A stretch of 64,000 nucleotides of DNA, from positions 1-64,000 of the IMG/VR virus record IMGVR_UViG_3300030108_001677, one strand, 5' to 3'. This stretch comes from a virus. This document shows positions 49,977 to 59,748 of this stretch, one piece after another. Both the position numbers and the translations under genes were made by a program. The notes under the pieces were generated by a model, which was not told where the DNA came from, ran no database searches, and saw nothing but the letters and a program-made list of their open reading frames with translations. Position 1 is the stretch's first letter, and the number at the start of each line of letters is the position of its first letter.

Positions 49977-50316
49977 CTGTTTCACCTTCGGTTACTGGCT
50001 CGGCTTGACCTGCATCATCTTCGCTCAAACGAGCAATAAGATCTGCTTTCAGTCCGGTAGCGTCAAGACCACGCTGGCTACACAAGACCTGCAATTCAGT
50101 CTTGTTCATGTCAGCGTATTCTTTGTTTTCCGCTACTGGTGCCTCAACAGTCACTTCCGGTGATGATGTCGGTTCAACAACAGGAACAGTGCTTACGGAA
50201 ACTTCTATGCCTTGTGCTGAAACACCAACGCCTTCAATAATTCGGCCATTGGTAATAGTCCAATTCAAAAATTCCCTGCGCCCTGCGATTTCAACATATC
50301 CTGTTAGCCTTACCAT
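49951..50316 (-). CDS. SAP-domain protein
   Basis: MNKTELQVLCSQRGLDATGLKADLIARL. Confidence 0.8.
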   Translation of the reverse strand: MVRLTGYVEIAGRREFLNWTITNGRIIEGVGVSAQGIEVSVSTVPVVEPTSSPEVTVEAPVAENKEYADMNKTELQVLCSQRGLDATGLKADLIARLSEDDAGQAEPVTEGETDGGESDSE

Positions 50317-50339
50317 TATTCTCACCCTTGTCATGCTTG

Positions 50340-50347
50340 TTAATTAA
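50340..50347 (-). promoter_or_regulatory. TATA-like box
   Basis: TTAATTAA in an intergenic gap about 24 nt before ATG 50316. Confidence 0.4.
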
Positions 50348-50353
50348 CTTTAT

Positions 50354-52612
50354 TCAAATGATGTAATACGGGTTATGCTCTTGAACCTTTAGATGTCGGA
50401 CAGCAAACTCCACGCTTGCAGTAACCGGTCCTTTATCATCGGGCATTGGATGTTCCGCTTTCATCAATGTGTAATCTTCAAGTGTAATTGTGCCTCTTTG
50501 TCTTGTGCCAGCCGAGCCGGGTTTATTCAAGACCAGTGTGCAATCGTTTGTGTTTATGTTATGCTTACGGGTTCTCAATTCTTCAAAGAACCTATCATCT
50601 TCAACCAATGCGGTGAAGGTGAATGAGTATTCCCTTGCCGCCTCCGTGATTTCCGAAGCATACTGTGTAGCGGCTTCTTGCACCTGATCTGCATCAGCAT
50701 ACGCACCATCTGTGCCTCTAATGTAAAACTGTGCGGTGTTGCCATTAGCAATACTGATGTTGACATCTTTTGCTCGCAATACGGTAGCACCAAAGGCACT
50801 GAATAACATGTGCTGGAATAGGTATGGCTTTTCGCCATTGACGGCAATACCGGACACACTACGCTTGGTTATGTCATTTGCAGTGTTCTCAAACATACGG
50901 TGTGGTGTAATGAATTGGTTGTTGGTGTCTTTGAACATGCGTGTCGCTTCAAAGTTAGTGGTCATTTTTAATTCACCTTCACTGTCAGCAGTTAGGCTCA
51001 AATCACTCACTTTACAACCGGAAAACACCCGTAGCATTTGGTTTGTGCCCGGTGTTGTATCGGTGGTGCGGAATGATTGCTCAAAGCAAAAGGTCGGTAG
51101 TGTAGTGTAGCCAAAGAAGTTATGCTCAACACCATTCTTCAATTCGCCAGTGGACAACAGTGCTGGTGAGCCACGCTCATGTGCTACTGTTCCATCAAGA
51201 GTATATTGTAGTCTTTCCACACCACACGATGCGGCTACATGGTCGAATAAGAATGGTTCCTCAACATAGATGTAACCTTGATCTGAACCATTTGCACTAC
51301 CAATGCCAATGACCCTGCGGATTTCATGCTTGTGTAATGTGGGTGCTGTAACATCAGCACCCGGCACTTGAACAGTATCTTTGTCAAAGATTTGAATGTA
51401 ATCACCAAGAGTAAATTTAGCCGCATTTGCATTTGATAGTTTGATGCGTATATCGCCAGCACTCACAGCAAGGGTTGGTCGAGCCAGTAAGTAAAGTGGC
51501 ACACCTACGGTCTGTGCCCTTGCTTTAGCACCTGTATCAATGTCAGCCAAGCCATCTATTTGTGCGGCGTTTAGTGTAGTGTATGAGCCAAGTAAAGGCG
51601 CACCTGCGGCACTTAGCACCTTAAACAGCCCTGCGGCTGGTGCATCTTCAAAGATTGAAGCAAAGCCAGTTATGCCATTACCAGCAGTGCTGATTTGTGC
51701 ATCGGTAGCACCTGCCGCCGCAACGGTCAATCCACCTATCAATATATCTTGGTCAAGATGGCCGGGTTGGTCAAGACCTGTTACATCTGTGCCATTTGCG
51801 GCAATACCCGTTACAGTGATGTCAAGAACCGGTGCAGGGTCAAATGTGTTTTGTGCGGCGTATGTCATGTTGTTGACATTTGTTTTGAGATTTAATGGTG
51901 TAGCCGTTATGGTTCCATTACTGTCACAGTGAGCAAACTCACCTACGCTCTTTGCAGTGTGTCCACCCAAAGCATATTTCCACATCTTCAATGAATGTGC
52001 ATTCAAGTCCATAGAACCACCAGCAAGAGTTTCCTTGCCCGATGTTAAGACATTCACATCACGACCCATACCTATGATGTGTTGCTTTCTAACATCTATC
52101 TCCGGTTCGGGTAGCGTGAATGAGTTAAGCAATCCTAAAAATTGGTCGGTTTTGATTCTTTCATCGGAACCTGCTGTGCAATTGTGGTCGTATGTTGGAA
52201 CACGCAGTGAATCAATAATGAAGAAATCGCCTGTGTTTGCAGTGGCCGGACTGGTTGCCAATCTCGGTGTGACGGTTATGGTAGCATCATCGTTTGCAGT
52301 GATGTAGTATGTTCTCTTTGTTGTTGGAAAGTGATCGGCAGTGAAAGCGTTGCTACCGCCCGATGAATAGATACGCAGTGTAGCACCAATCAACATGCCA
52401 TTGGGCACCATCATGTGCCCATCGGTGTCAACCCAATACATGGCCTCTCCGATAGTAATTATACTGCTGTTCTCGGTGGTTCCGTTGGTTGTTGACCAGC
52501 CCGATGTAGCACTGCCTCCGCCCGCTACATTGGTTCCTTGTCCTACTAATCCGGTTTCTTTGCCCATAGATATTTCAATTAAATCTCCTTTGAATACTTG
52601 ATTTACTGGCAT
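50354..52612 (-). CDS. Major tail (tube) protein with inserted domains
   Basis: ISMGKE start, LPTFCFEQ, RVFSGCKV; position before the chaperones. Confidence 0.75.
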   Translation of the reverse strand: MPVNQVFKGDLIEISMGKETGLVGQGTNVAGGGSATSGWSTTNGTTENSSIITIGEAMYWVDTDGHMMVPNGMLIGATLRIYSSGGSNAFTADHFPTTKRTYYITANDDATITVTPRLATSPATANTGDFFIIDSLRVPTYDHNCTAGSDERIKTDQFLGLLNSFTLPEPEIDVRKQHIIGMGRDVNVLTSGKETLAGGSMDLNAHSLKMWKYALGGHTAKSVGEFAHCDSNGTITATPLNLKTNVNNMTYAAQNTFDPAPVLDITVTGIAANGTDVTGLDQPGHLDQDILIGGLTVAAAGATDAQISTAGNGITGFASIFEDAPAAGLFKVLSAAGAPLLGSYTTLNAAQIDGLADIDTGAKARAQTVGVPLYLLARPTLAVSAGDIRIKLSNANAAKFTLGDYIQIFDKDTVQVPGADVTAPTLHKHEIRRVIGIGSANGSDQGYIYVEEPFLFDHVAASCGVERLQYTLDGTVAHERGSPALLSTGELKNGVEHNFFGYTTLPTFCFEQSFRTTDTTPGTNQMLRVFSGCKVSDLSLTADSEGELKMTTNFEATRMFKDTNNQFITPHRMFENTANDITKRSVSGIAVNGEKPYLFQHMLFSAFGATVLRAKDVNISIANGNTAQFYIRGTDGAYADADQVQEAATQYASEITEAAREYSFTFTALVEDDRFFEELRTRKHNINTNDCTLVLNKPGSAGTRQRGTITLEDYTLMKAEHPMPDDKGPVTASVEFAVRHLKVQEHNPYYII

Positions 52613-52622
52613 ATTTATCATC

Positions 52623-53054
52623 TCATAATGTTGGTAATGGTTGGGCGAAAATTATACATTCGGCTTGCATCGTGTATCGGAACAACCTCTTGCTACGGTC
52701 CGACAAGTCGGTTCGGGTCTTGAAGATTACCCTATCAAAGTTAACATTATCGCCCTTTCTCACCAAATGTAGTATGCGCCGAACCTCATCTCTAAGCGTG
52801 CTAAGACGCTTACGACTTTTTACGGTGCGTATGTCAATGGTGAGATTAATGTGTTCATTAACGAAGTCAAACAGCAATTCCGGCTGTGCTTCGTTATGTG
52901 CAGTTTCAAAGACACGAATGATGTCATGATCTTGAAGCCGTGTCCTTTTACCCTCGCCAGCCTCAAGTGTGGCAATATCCAAAATAGAAGGTTTGGGTGA
53001 CACATTCCAATTGCTGTTCAAGGCAGTAACTATGCCATCAATAGCGTCAGTCAT
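52623..53054 (-). CDS. Putative tail terminator/neck protein
   Basis: Size and position; TIDIRT...LRDEVRRIL. Confidence 0.6.
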   Translation of the reverse strand: MTDAIDGIVTALNSNWNVSPKPSILDIATLEAGEGKRTRLQDHDIIRVFETAHNEAQPELLFDFVNEHINLTIDIRTVKSRKRLSTLRDEVRRILHLVRKGDNVNFDRVIFKTRTDLSDRSKRLFRYTMQAECIIFAQPLPTL

Positions 53055-53329
53055 TCTTTCATAGCCCCCATGAATTTGGCCTCGGCTGTCTTTACATCAA
53101 GTGCGAAAGGACTTGCTTTTTTATGTGCCTCCATTACAATGGCTAATTCTTCATCGGATTTAGGTTCAACGCTTTCAGCATCTTCACTATCCATGTTCCT
53201 TTCTTCTATCATTAGCCTCTCAAGGTGTGCTGGCTCACTGGCCTCCTGTGTTCGCATAGCGGCAAGCAATTCTTTCAATGCCTTACCTGCATTATCGCTA
53301 TACTGTATGAGATCTTCCACATCAACCAC
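53051..53329 (-). CDS. Hypothetical acidic protein
   Basis: Coupled within the neck operon. Confidence 0.65.
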   Translation of the reverse strand: MVDVEDLIQYSDNAGKALKELLAAMRTQEASEPAHLERLMIEERNMDSEDAESVEPKSDEELAIVMEAHKKASPFALDVKTAEAKFMGAMKE

Positions 53330-54965
53330 CCATACCTGCTACAACAATTGATTCTTGATATGGCACTAAGAGTTTAGCAACCTCCGCTTCTAACTTTTGG
53401 TGCTTGGTTGTTATATCCATGTTTGATGTTCCTTCGGGGAATAATACTGAATAATCATCGGACATCAATATATCCATCACAACCAATTTAGTGCAAGCCT
53501 CTTGTATAGAACCCTCCACATACCTCTCCCCATAGATGTAAGCACATCTCAAAGAATGATTCTCAAAGAACGGATATTCATTGTTGAACGCAATCATACC
53601 GTTTTCTTCAATAGACCACCAAGACTTTTGGCGTTCTTCATCAGTGATGTCACATGCAAACCTGTTTTGTCGTATAACAACATCTTGAATCAATGTAGTC
53701 GCATTGTCAAAATCATTTTGCTCATCATTGACAATTGTAAAGGTGTTACCATTTCTTGTAACCAATGCAATCTTGTTTTGGTTGCCCACAGTATAATACA
53801 CAAGACTGTGCCCTTTGACAAAGTTAGTGCCATCATCCACTGTAAATGATGTGACAGGATTGCCCGATACTGAAACAACCTTGCTCTTGATTTGGTCTGT
53901 CAAACGGGCATCCACTGTAACTGCTGTGTCGTTTGTGATAGCCAGTGTAGCATTTTCTCCGCCTTCGGTGCTACGCATACTGCTAATCTCAATCACACCA
54001 TCCCCCATGTCGCTATTGGCAAGTCCTAAAAATTCGTTATTCACATTCAACACACTGTCGGAGGCTGAATCGGACTCAACCGTTAAAGAGCCAATTGGCA
54101 CAGCCGCCTTACTAAATGCAGGGTCTTTATTGACCAAAGCCGATAGGTTTTCAGCCGCACTTTTGTTATCGAAGTCGGCTCTCCATTTTGTCTGTGCATC
54201 ATTACCTTCGGTTAGCGTGGCTACACCATTAGCACCCGGACACAGCAGTATTGATTCGCCCGTCATAGCCGTATGATCGTTGAATCTTAATGCCGCACGG
54301 GCACCAGCCATCTCACGGTAATAATCTCCTTGCCAAGCACCTAACTTTAGCATACGCTGAATTGCGCCTCTTTTCATGAACACAGCACCTACATAGTCTG
54401 TGTAGTATCGCCTTCGGAATGGTTTGAATGTGGTGAAGTTTTGATATTCTTCGGCTACCAATCGTGGTCGCCATGCGTGTCGTGTTACTTTGTCAATGTA
54501 GTCTTGCCTGTTGGCAATCAAGTGCTTTACATGGTCAAGTTTTATCCCACGCTCATTACTGTTGGTGAACGCTGATTGATGTTGAACATGTGCTTGGTTG
54601 TTTGTGGTAAAGGACTCCGGTGTTGTTTGGTCAGCCGCCTTAGCCACCAAATACACCTGTCCGGCTGAACCAACCGATTCAATGCCTGTCAATTTGTATA
54701 TGTTGCCGACAGCGTTTGCGTTGTCATATACAAGAACGCTCTCACCTGCCGCATAACCCCAGCGTCTAAAGTCAGCACCGGTTATTGGAAATTTTATGTA
54801 ATCCACCGTCAAAACAGTGGCAATCACAGTGTCGCCAGCCAAAGCCACAGGATCGGGTAATGGCAATTGAAGATACTCACTAACCTTAGCGGGTGTTGTA
54901 TATACTGCTTCATCGGGGTATAATGGTGAATCGGGTCTATGACCGGGTGAAAAAGAACGGGGCAC
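53322..54965 (-). CDS. Head-tail adaptor-like protein with insertions
   Basis: YTTPAKV...YIDKVT...YIYG...IQEACTKLV adaptor pattern. Confidence 0.7.
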   Translation of the reverse strand: MPRSFSPGHRPDSPLYPDEAVYTTPAKVSEYLQLPLPDPVALAGDTVIATVLTVDYIKFPITGADFRRWGYAAGESVLVYDNANAVGNIYKLTGIESVGSAGQVYLVAKAADQTTPESFTTNNQAHVQHQSAFTNSNERGIKLDHVKHLIANRQDYIDKVTRHAWRPRLVAEEYQNFTTFKPFRRRYYTDYVGAVFMKRGAIQRMLKLGAWQGDYYREMAGARAALRFNDHTAMTGESILLCPGANGVATLTEGNDAQTKWRADFDNKSAAENLSALVNKDPAFSKAAVPIGSLTVESDSASDSVLNVNNEFLGLANSDMGDGVIEISSMRSTEGGENATLAITNDTAVTVDARLTDQIKSKVVSVSGNPVTSFTVDDGTNFVKGHSLVYYTVGNQNKIALVTRNGNTFTIVNDEQNDFDNATTLIQDVVIRQNRFACDITDEERQKSWWSIEENGMIAFNNEYPFFENHSLRCAYIYGERYVEGSIQEACTKLVVMDILMSDDYSVLFPEGTSNMDITTKHQKLEAEVAKLLVPYQESIVVAGMGG

Positions 54966-55297
54966 TATTGAAGCCCCCTGCTCAAACCATGACTACCAAG
55001 ATTGAATCCCATAGGCGCACCACACGCACCACACTGGGGTGTCCAACAAAAGTGTAAGCAACCGCAGGTTAAACACCGTGTTCCGGCACCTATATTTTGT
55101 ATGTCTTTGCGATCTTTAGATTTAAGCATGATACGCTTTGTTGTAGCATATTCCATATTTTCTTTGGAAAATGGACTTTCCGATTCGTGAACGGATGATT
55201 TGTTTGCATTGGCGATTTCCGCCATACGGACACGCCTACGCTTCTCGATGTCAATGACTTCTCCTAAGTCAATGTCCTCAATTTCCATGCGTGCCAT
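54965..55297 (-). CDS. Zn-finger protein
   Basis: CLTCGC...CGAC. Confidence 0.7.
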   Translation of the reverse strand: MARMEIEDIDLGEVIDIEKRRRVRMAEIANANKSSVHESESPFSKENMEYATTKRIMLKSKDRKDIQNIGAGTRCLTCGCLHFCWTPQCGACGAPMGFNLGSHGLSRGLQ

Positions 55298-55321
55298 TTG
55301 ATGCCACCCCTTGAGGCAACA

Positions 55322-55699
55322 TCAGCGACCGCCAGTAATAACGATTTCAGCAACCATATCTTGTAATTGTGCGCTTGTATCGGCTATTTCGATAAAAGAC
55401 AATCCACCTGCTATTGCGGCGGCACCTTTAGTAACTTGATTGCCACTGGCTTCTGTGCTACTGGCGAAAGCCTTGATTGTTTTACTGGTGTAATCATATC
55501 TTAACAAAACACCACCAAGATCGATATTTGGTGACTCTTTTACAAGAATGTCAACACTATCAACATCTCCCACATACGCATTTGCGTCAAATGGCTCTCC
55601 GCCTAACGGATAAGAATTGTCAAAGGTTACATTTACAAAGGCTTGGATTTTAGTGCCGGTTACATTGTTTCTTTTGGTTTGGGTAATCGTCAGTGCCAT
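55322..55699 (-). CDS. Putative virion structural protein
   Basis: FDNSYPLGG; head module context. Confidence 0.6.
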   Translation of the reverse strand: MALTITQTKRNNVTGTKIQAFVNVTFDNSYPLGGEPFDANAYVGDVDSVDILVKESPNIDLGGVLLRYDYTSKTIKAFASSTEASGNQVTKGAAAIAGGLSFIEIADTSAQLQDMVAEIVITGGR

Positions 55700-55730
55700 G
55701 TTGCTCAACTCAAGGGAATGTGTCAGTGGT

Positions 55731-55737
55731 CATAAAG
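55731..55737 (-). promoter_or_regulatory. TATA-like box
   Basis: CTTTATG in an intergenic gap upstream of 55699. Confidence 0.35.
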
Positions 55738-55742
55738 GTTGC

Positions 55743-56318
55743 TCAAGAATAAAGGATTGTCATACGGATTGCACCGGTATCAGCCGCCCATGACTCCGTG
55801 CAAGCAATAGTGAAACCGACCCTACCACAAACCCTACCAGTCCACGGTTGGTTTTTGTCAATCACGGTTGCTGTTCCACCAGTGTTTTGGACTTTTGGTG
55901 CGGCTGGTGTGGTATGTCCACTCAATCCTACTGATACGGATAGAGCATGTTCCATAGTGCCTTGAGCCGCACCTTCATTGGTTTGAAATTTATACACACG
56001 GTTTGAGCCTTTGTTGGTAAAATCCAGTGATGTAATAACATTACAGTATAGGTTTGAACCCCCACTTAGAAGGGTGTAATCTTTGTTATCAATACCAAAA
56101 GAACCCTTTACAGTGTCAGCATCATTGTTGGAACTTAATTTAGATTGACTAACATCTAAAATTACCATGTGTATGTCGCCATTCAAGTTAACTTGCGCTA
56201 CTGCGCTATTGTTACCAGCAAGATCTTCTTGTGTGAAATCATAGACTAACCTATTAACACGGGTTCGACCAGCGTATCGTGCTTCACCGTCAAAGATGGT
56301 AAAGTCACTTTCACCCAT
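55743..56318 (-). CDS. Hypothetical (probable structural) protein
   Basis: TAATG coupling; beta-rich. Confidence 0.7.
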   Translation of the reverse strand: MGESDFTIFDGEARYAGRTRVNRLVYDFTQEDLAGNNSAVAQVNLNGDIHMVILDVSQSKLSSNNDADTVKGSFGIDNKDYTLLSGGSNLYCNVITSLDFTNKGSNRVYKFQTNEGAAQGTMEHALSVSVGLSGHTTPAAPKVQNTGGTATVIDKNQPWTGRVCGRVGFTIACTESWAADTGAIRMTILYS

Positions 56319-56785
56319 TACTGCTCACCTGCCGCATTGTCAAGAAGGGCGTGAGCCATTTCAGTGATTGCGGCCTTTGTAGCAGATCTTGGAACACTAT
56401 GTCCTCTTGCTTTCATCCACTTGACCATCTCATTTCGTGTCCAAGATTCATTGAAAGCGGAGTCAGCACTACCGGAGTCGTCATTTGCTATGGCTTCAAC
56501 CATTTGCTCGGACTTACCAGCGTCAACCAGTGGTTCCTCAACTACTGGTTCCTCAATTACTGGTTCCTCAACTACTGGCTCAACTGCTTCGGCCATTTGC
56601 TTAGTCTTTTTCTCAACTTCGCTTTCCTCAACAATAACTTTCCATTGAGGGTAGTTATCACCTTTGAATCGCTCACACAATTCTTCGGGCAATTCTTTGA
56701 TTGTGCCTCTTGCGAAACCAATCATTGTTCCGTTGACAGGAAATTCCACATAAGGTCTATGCCCAATGTATTGCACTTTACCCAT
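56318..56785 (-). CDS. Protein with EEPV linker and C-terminal HeH/SAP-like motif
   Basis: WTRNEMVKWMKARGHSVPRSATKAAI. Confidence 0.7.
   Translation of the reverse strand: MGKVQYIGHRPYVEFPVNGTMIGFARGTIKELPEELCERFKGDNYPQWKVIVEESEVEKKTKQMAEAVEPVVEEPVIEEPVVEEPLVDAGKSEQMVEAIANDDSGSADSAFNESWTRNEMVKWMKARGHSVPRSATKAAITEMAHALLDNAAGEQ
56531..56575. repeat. 15-bp tandem repeat, 3 copies (coding)
   Basis: TGGTTCCTCAA(C/T)TAC x3, encoding V[VI]EEP. Confidence 0.9.
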
Positions 56786-56805
56786 TATTGATTCCCCCTA
56801 CCGAC

Positions 56806-57186
56806 TTAACGGTATAGGAAAACCAACCGATAAACAGTGTCAGCACCGTTAGCACCTGCGCCTCTCCACTTGATTTCAGTGGATGTGTGAGCAAGGTGTT
56901 GAAAGTCAACTGCGTTTGCACCTGCTGTGGTTGAGAAGATTCCCAAAACCGCCAACAATTCTGTGCCTGTTACTGGGTTGGTTGATACTGAAATATCGTA
57001 TGCTGAATCAGCATCACCATCATCAATGGTCAACTCAACAACTGCCATGCTTGCTGTTGTCTGTGCATCATTACTACCCATTGGGGATTGAAGCCAATCG
57101 GTTGAAGTCGGTCCAACTCCACCCCAAAGCCTTGAATCAAATACTGCCTTAATTTCTGCTGTTCCTAAAAGATTTGCGTTTGCCAT
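56806..57186 (-). CDS. Putative head-associated protein
   Basis: Directly after the capsid gene; GGTGA SD. Confidence 0.65.
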   Translation of the reverse strand: MANANLLGTAEIKAVFDSRLWGGVGPTSTDWLQSPMGSNDAQTTASMAVVELTIDDGDADSAYDISVSTNPVTGTELLAVLGIFSTTAGANAVDFQHLAHTSTEIKWRGAGANGADTVYRLVFLYR

Positions 57187-57220
57187 GTAATCACCTACTT
57201 TGTATCTCCTATTTTAATCC

Positions 57221-58381
57221 TCAACTCAAATCTCGGATTTTACCGCTTGATTTGAAGAACGCTTGCCACAATTCACCCATTGTGTGAAACATACCCATTT
57301 GACCCAATCTGTTAATTCCGAAAGGATCGCCTGTTTCAATACCGGACTCATGGTATAGTGTTGGTTTTGCAGTGCAGAACCACATGTAGTCAGTATCAAG
57401 GAAGTATAGTCTTGAAGAACCGCCAGTGCCCTTGTGGACATCCTTAGATGGGATAATTGGCACACCATTGTATGTTGCTACCATGAATCCACCTTGAATA
57501 CCCGGAACACCCTTTACACCGTTAACACCCGGCACAACTCGCTTCATTTCCATAAAGCGTTGTTGAGGCTGTAACAATTGCTGGATTGTTTCAAGAGTAT
57601 CGTAGCCAGTTAGGATAACCTTTGGCTGGCCTCCCGCTTCCCAAATTTGTCGGAACATTCCGTCAAGTATGTTTAGAGTTAGTGGCCTGTCAACACCGTT
57701 GTTAGCACCTGCATCAACTTGAGCATCATACCAGTGTTGTGCTGGCTTGGTTGTTCGTGTCAAATTGTAAATGTTGTGTCGGCTGATGTTGTCAATGTCA
57801 CTGAATGCCGCAGTTTCCACGAAAGCCGAAGAAGTGATACGGTCAAGAGATTCAAAGTCATTTCCAGCCACAGTGTTAACATCGGTAAGAAGCATCTTGT
57901 TGATGTGTTCTGTGTGGTGTTTTGCCATTTCCATCTTCATGACAGCCCTTGCATCACCAAGTCCATCGTCTTTGTCAGCAAGGAACATAGCAGTTTCAGT
58001 CAAGTCAAAGGTGTGAGCCACAGTCTTTGGCTTGGTGTTCACATGCTCAAATGTTGGCTTGCTTGTTTCCGGAATTGTTGCGTTCTCCGGCACACCGCCA
58101 CCCTTGTTGAAGTCGGGTTTAGCGGTGGTTACACGCCATCCGGACTTTTCCCACGGTTTCTTTGGTAGTATAGAGAATGCGTTAAACTCTTGATTCAATT
58201 GTGACCATACTTTACGACCAAAAATCGCTTGGTATGTTCCAGCAGTGCTGGACATCAACGGTGAGTCAGCCTTCAACAGATCTGTTCCGGAATACGCCCA
58301 TGCGTTTTGTCCGGCACCTGCACCGTAGTATAGTCTTTCCATATCTTCAATTGTTCTAATATAACCTGTGCTTCCACTCAT
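57221..58381 (-). CDS. Major capsid protein (HK97 fold)
   Basis: 386 aa downstream of the protease; GGVPEN, YNGVPII, LYFLDT. Confidence 0.9.
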   Translation of the reverse strand: MSGSTGYIRTIEDMERLYYGAGAGQNAWAYSGTDLLKADSPLMSSTAGTYQAIFGRKVWSQLNQEFNAFSILPKKPWEKSGWRVTTAKPDFNKGGGVPENATIPETSKPTFEHVNTKPKTVAHTFDLTETAMFLADKDDGLGDARAVMKMEMAKHHTEHINKMLLTDVNTVAGNDFESLDRITSSAFVETAAFSDIDNISRHNIYNLTRTTKPAQHWYDAQVDAGANNGVDRPLTLNILDGMFRQIWEAGGQPKVILTGYDTLETIQQLLQPQQRFMEMKRVVPGVNGVKGVPGIQGGFMVATYNGVPIIPSKDVHKGTGGSSRLYFLDTDYMWFCTAKPTLYHESGIETGDPFGINRLGQMGMFHTMGELWQAFFKSSGKIRDLS

Positions 58382-58394
58382 CTTAAATCACCCC

Positions 58395-59717
58395 TCAAAG
58401 GTTTCCTCCGCCATATAACGCACGCTGTCCTAATTCCTCAAGCGCACGCCATCCGTCTAATTCATTTCCAAGTGCCGCAAATTCCTCATGGGTTGGCACA
58501 CGGATTTGGCTTTGTTCCGGCATAGGAACAGCCGATTTTGTAATAGTGGAGTTTTCTTGCTTTAGGTTCTCAATTTCTTGCTTTAGCATTTCAATCTGTG
58601 AAGAATAGTCTTTGGACTTTTGAACAGCCAATGCTTGCTGGGTTTCAGCCTCATATCGGTTTGCCCATTCTTTCTCAACCAGTGCTTTTACCGCTTCTTC
58701 GTCACGAATTGCGGAGTATGCTGAATATCCACGCTCAAGGGATTGTGGAGATAGGTCAAGTCCGGACTTGATTACATGCTTGCCACTGTTAGGTGCGCTC
58801 ATTTGCATGTTTGGAACCTGTGGTTGCTTGATAACATACTTGTTGGACACTGCGTTAGGTAGTGTTGGTGCTGGTGCTAATGTTGCATCTTCACCTGTTC
58901 CGTATAGGTCGCCTTGTCCTCGGTGTGTAAATCCGTGATTGCCGTCAACGCCAACCATGTAAGCCTTTCCGAGTCCGAAGTGGTCACGAAGTCCATCAAG
59001 GTCAACGCCTTGTTCGTGGGCAAATTTCTCAAGTGAGTCAATGTATGCCACTGCCGCTTCTTCTTCTTTAGCAAGTGTAGTTTCCTCCATTACTGGCGGT
59101 GCTTCCACTGCTACTTCTTCTTCCATGTGTTTGTTTATGCGTGCGAGCGCATCTCGTATTTCCGTCAATGTTTCTGCTTGTTCAGTCATAATATCATCAT
59201 CCATCTTCAATAGTGTATAGGTCGATTCGGGGTTTATTCCTTTTTTACACAGGGTAATTTCATGCAACTCCATGTCCGTGATTTCACGGTGGGTTCCATG
59301 TTCCGGTGTTGTTTTACTAACACGGAATAGAGCCTGTCCTCCAATAGAGAAGGCTCTCAACTCTCCTGTGCGAATTTGTTTTTGGACTTCACGGGCTTTC
59401 TCGATGTCATTCCTAATTCGGCAAATGACAAACAAGCCGTGATCGTCAACAGTGGATTTCCATACTCGGCCATCACTGTCTGTGTAATTTGGCAAGACTT
59501 CGCCCACTTGAATACCACTGTGTGCCAATTGCACATTACGGTATGCTGGGTCTTTCATGAAGCCATCAAATGCTTTCTTTAGTGCTGATACTGGGATTCT
59601 ATCTCCCTGCTTGTCAACCATATCAACCGAAGCATAGCCCGCTATAACAAGGTCGTTGCCAGCATCCGATTTCAAAATGAAATCGCTACCAACTGCTGTC
59701 CATGTTGCGGTCGCCAT
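58395..59717 (-). CDS. Prohead protease fused to scaffold-like C-terminus
   Basis: IAGYASVDMVDKQGD, LAH, AFSIGG, EITLC...N; helical/coiled C-terminus. Confidence 0.9.
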   Translation of the reverse strand: MATATWTAVGSDFILKSDAGNDLVIAGYASVDMVDKQGDRIPVSALKKAFDGFMKDPAYRNVQLAHSGIQVGEVLPNYTDSDGRVWKSTVDDHGLFVICRIRNDIEKAREVQKQIRTGELRAFSIGGQALFRVSKTTPEHGTHREITDMELHEITLCKKGINPESTYTLLKMDDDIMTEQAETLTEIRDALARINKHMEEEVAVEAPPVMEETTLAKEEEAAVAYIDSLEKFAHEQGVDLDGLRDHFGLGKAYMVGVDGNHGFTHRGQGDLYGTGEDATLAPAPTLPNAVSNKYVIKQPQVPNMQMSAPNSGKHVIKSGLDLSPQSLERGYSAYSAIRDEEAVKALVEKEWANRYEAETQQALAVQKSKDYSSQIEMLKQEIENLKQENSTITKSAVPMPEQSQIRVPTHEEFAALGNELDGWRALEELGQRALYGGGNL

Positions 59718-59741
59718 TGACTCACCAATTTTATGTCAAGG

Positions 59742-59748
59742 TATTTAA
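59742..59748 (-). promoter_or_regulatory. TATA-like box for the protease-capsid operon
   Basis: TTAAATA about 25 nt before ATG 59717; GGTGA SD between. Confidence 0.45.

Noticed and set aside
56531-56575. 15-bp tandem repeat as a regulatory or contingency locus
   Set aside because: In-frame low-complexity linker (VEEP)
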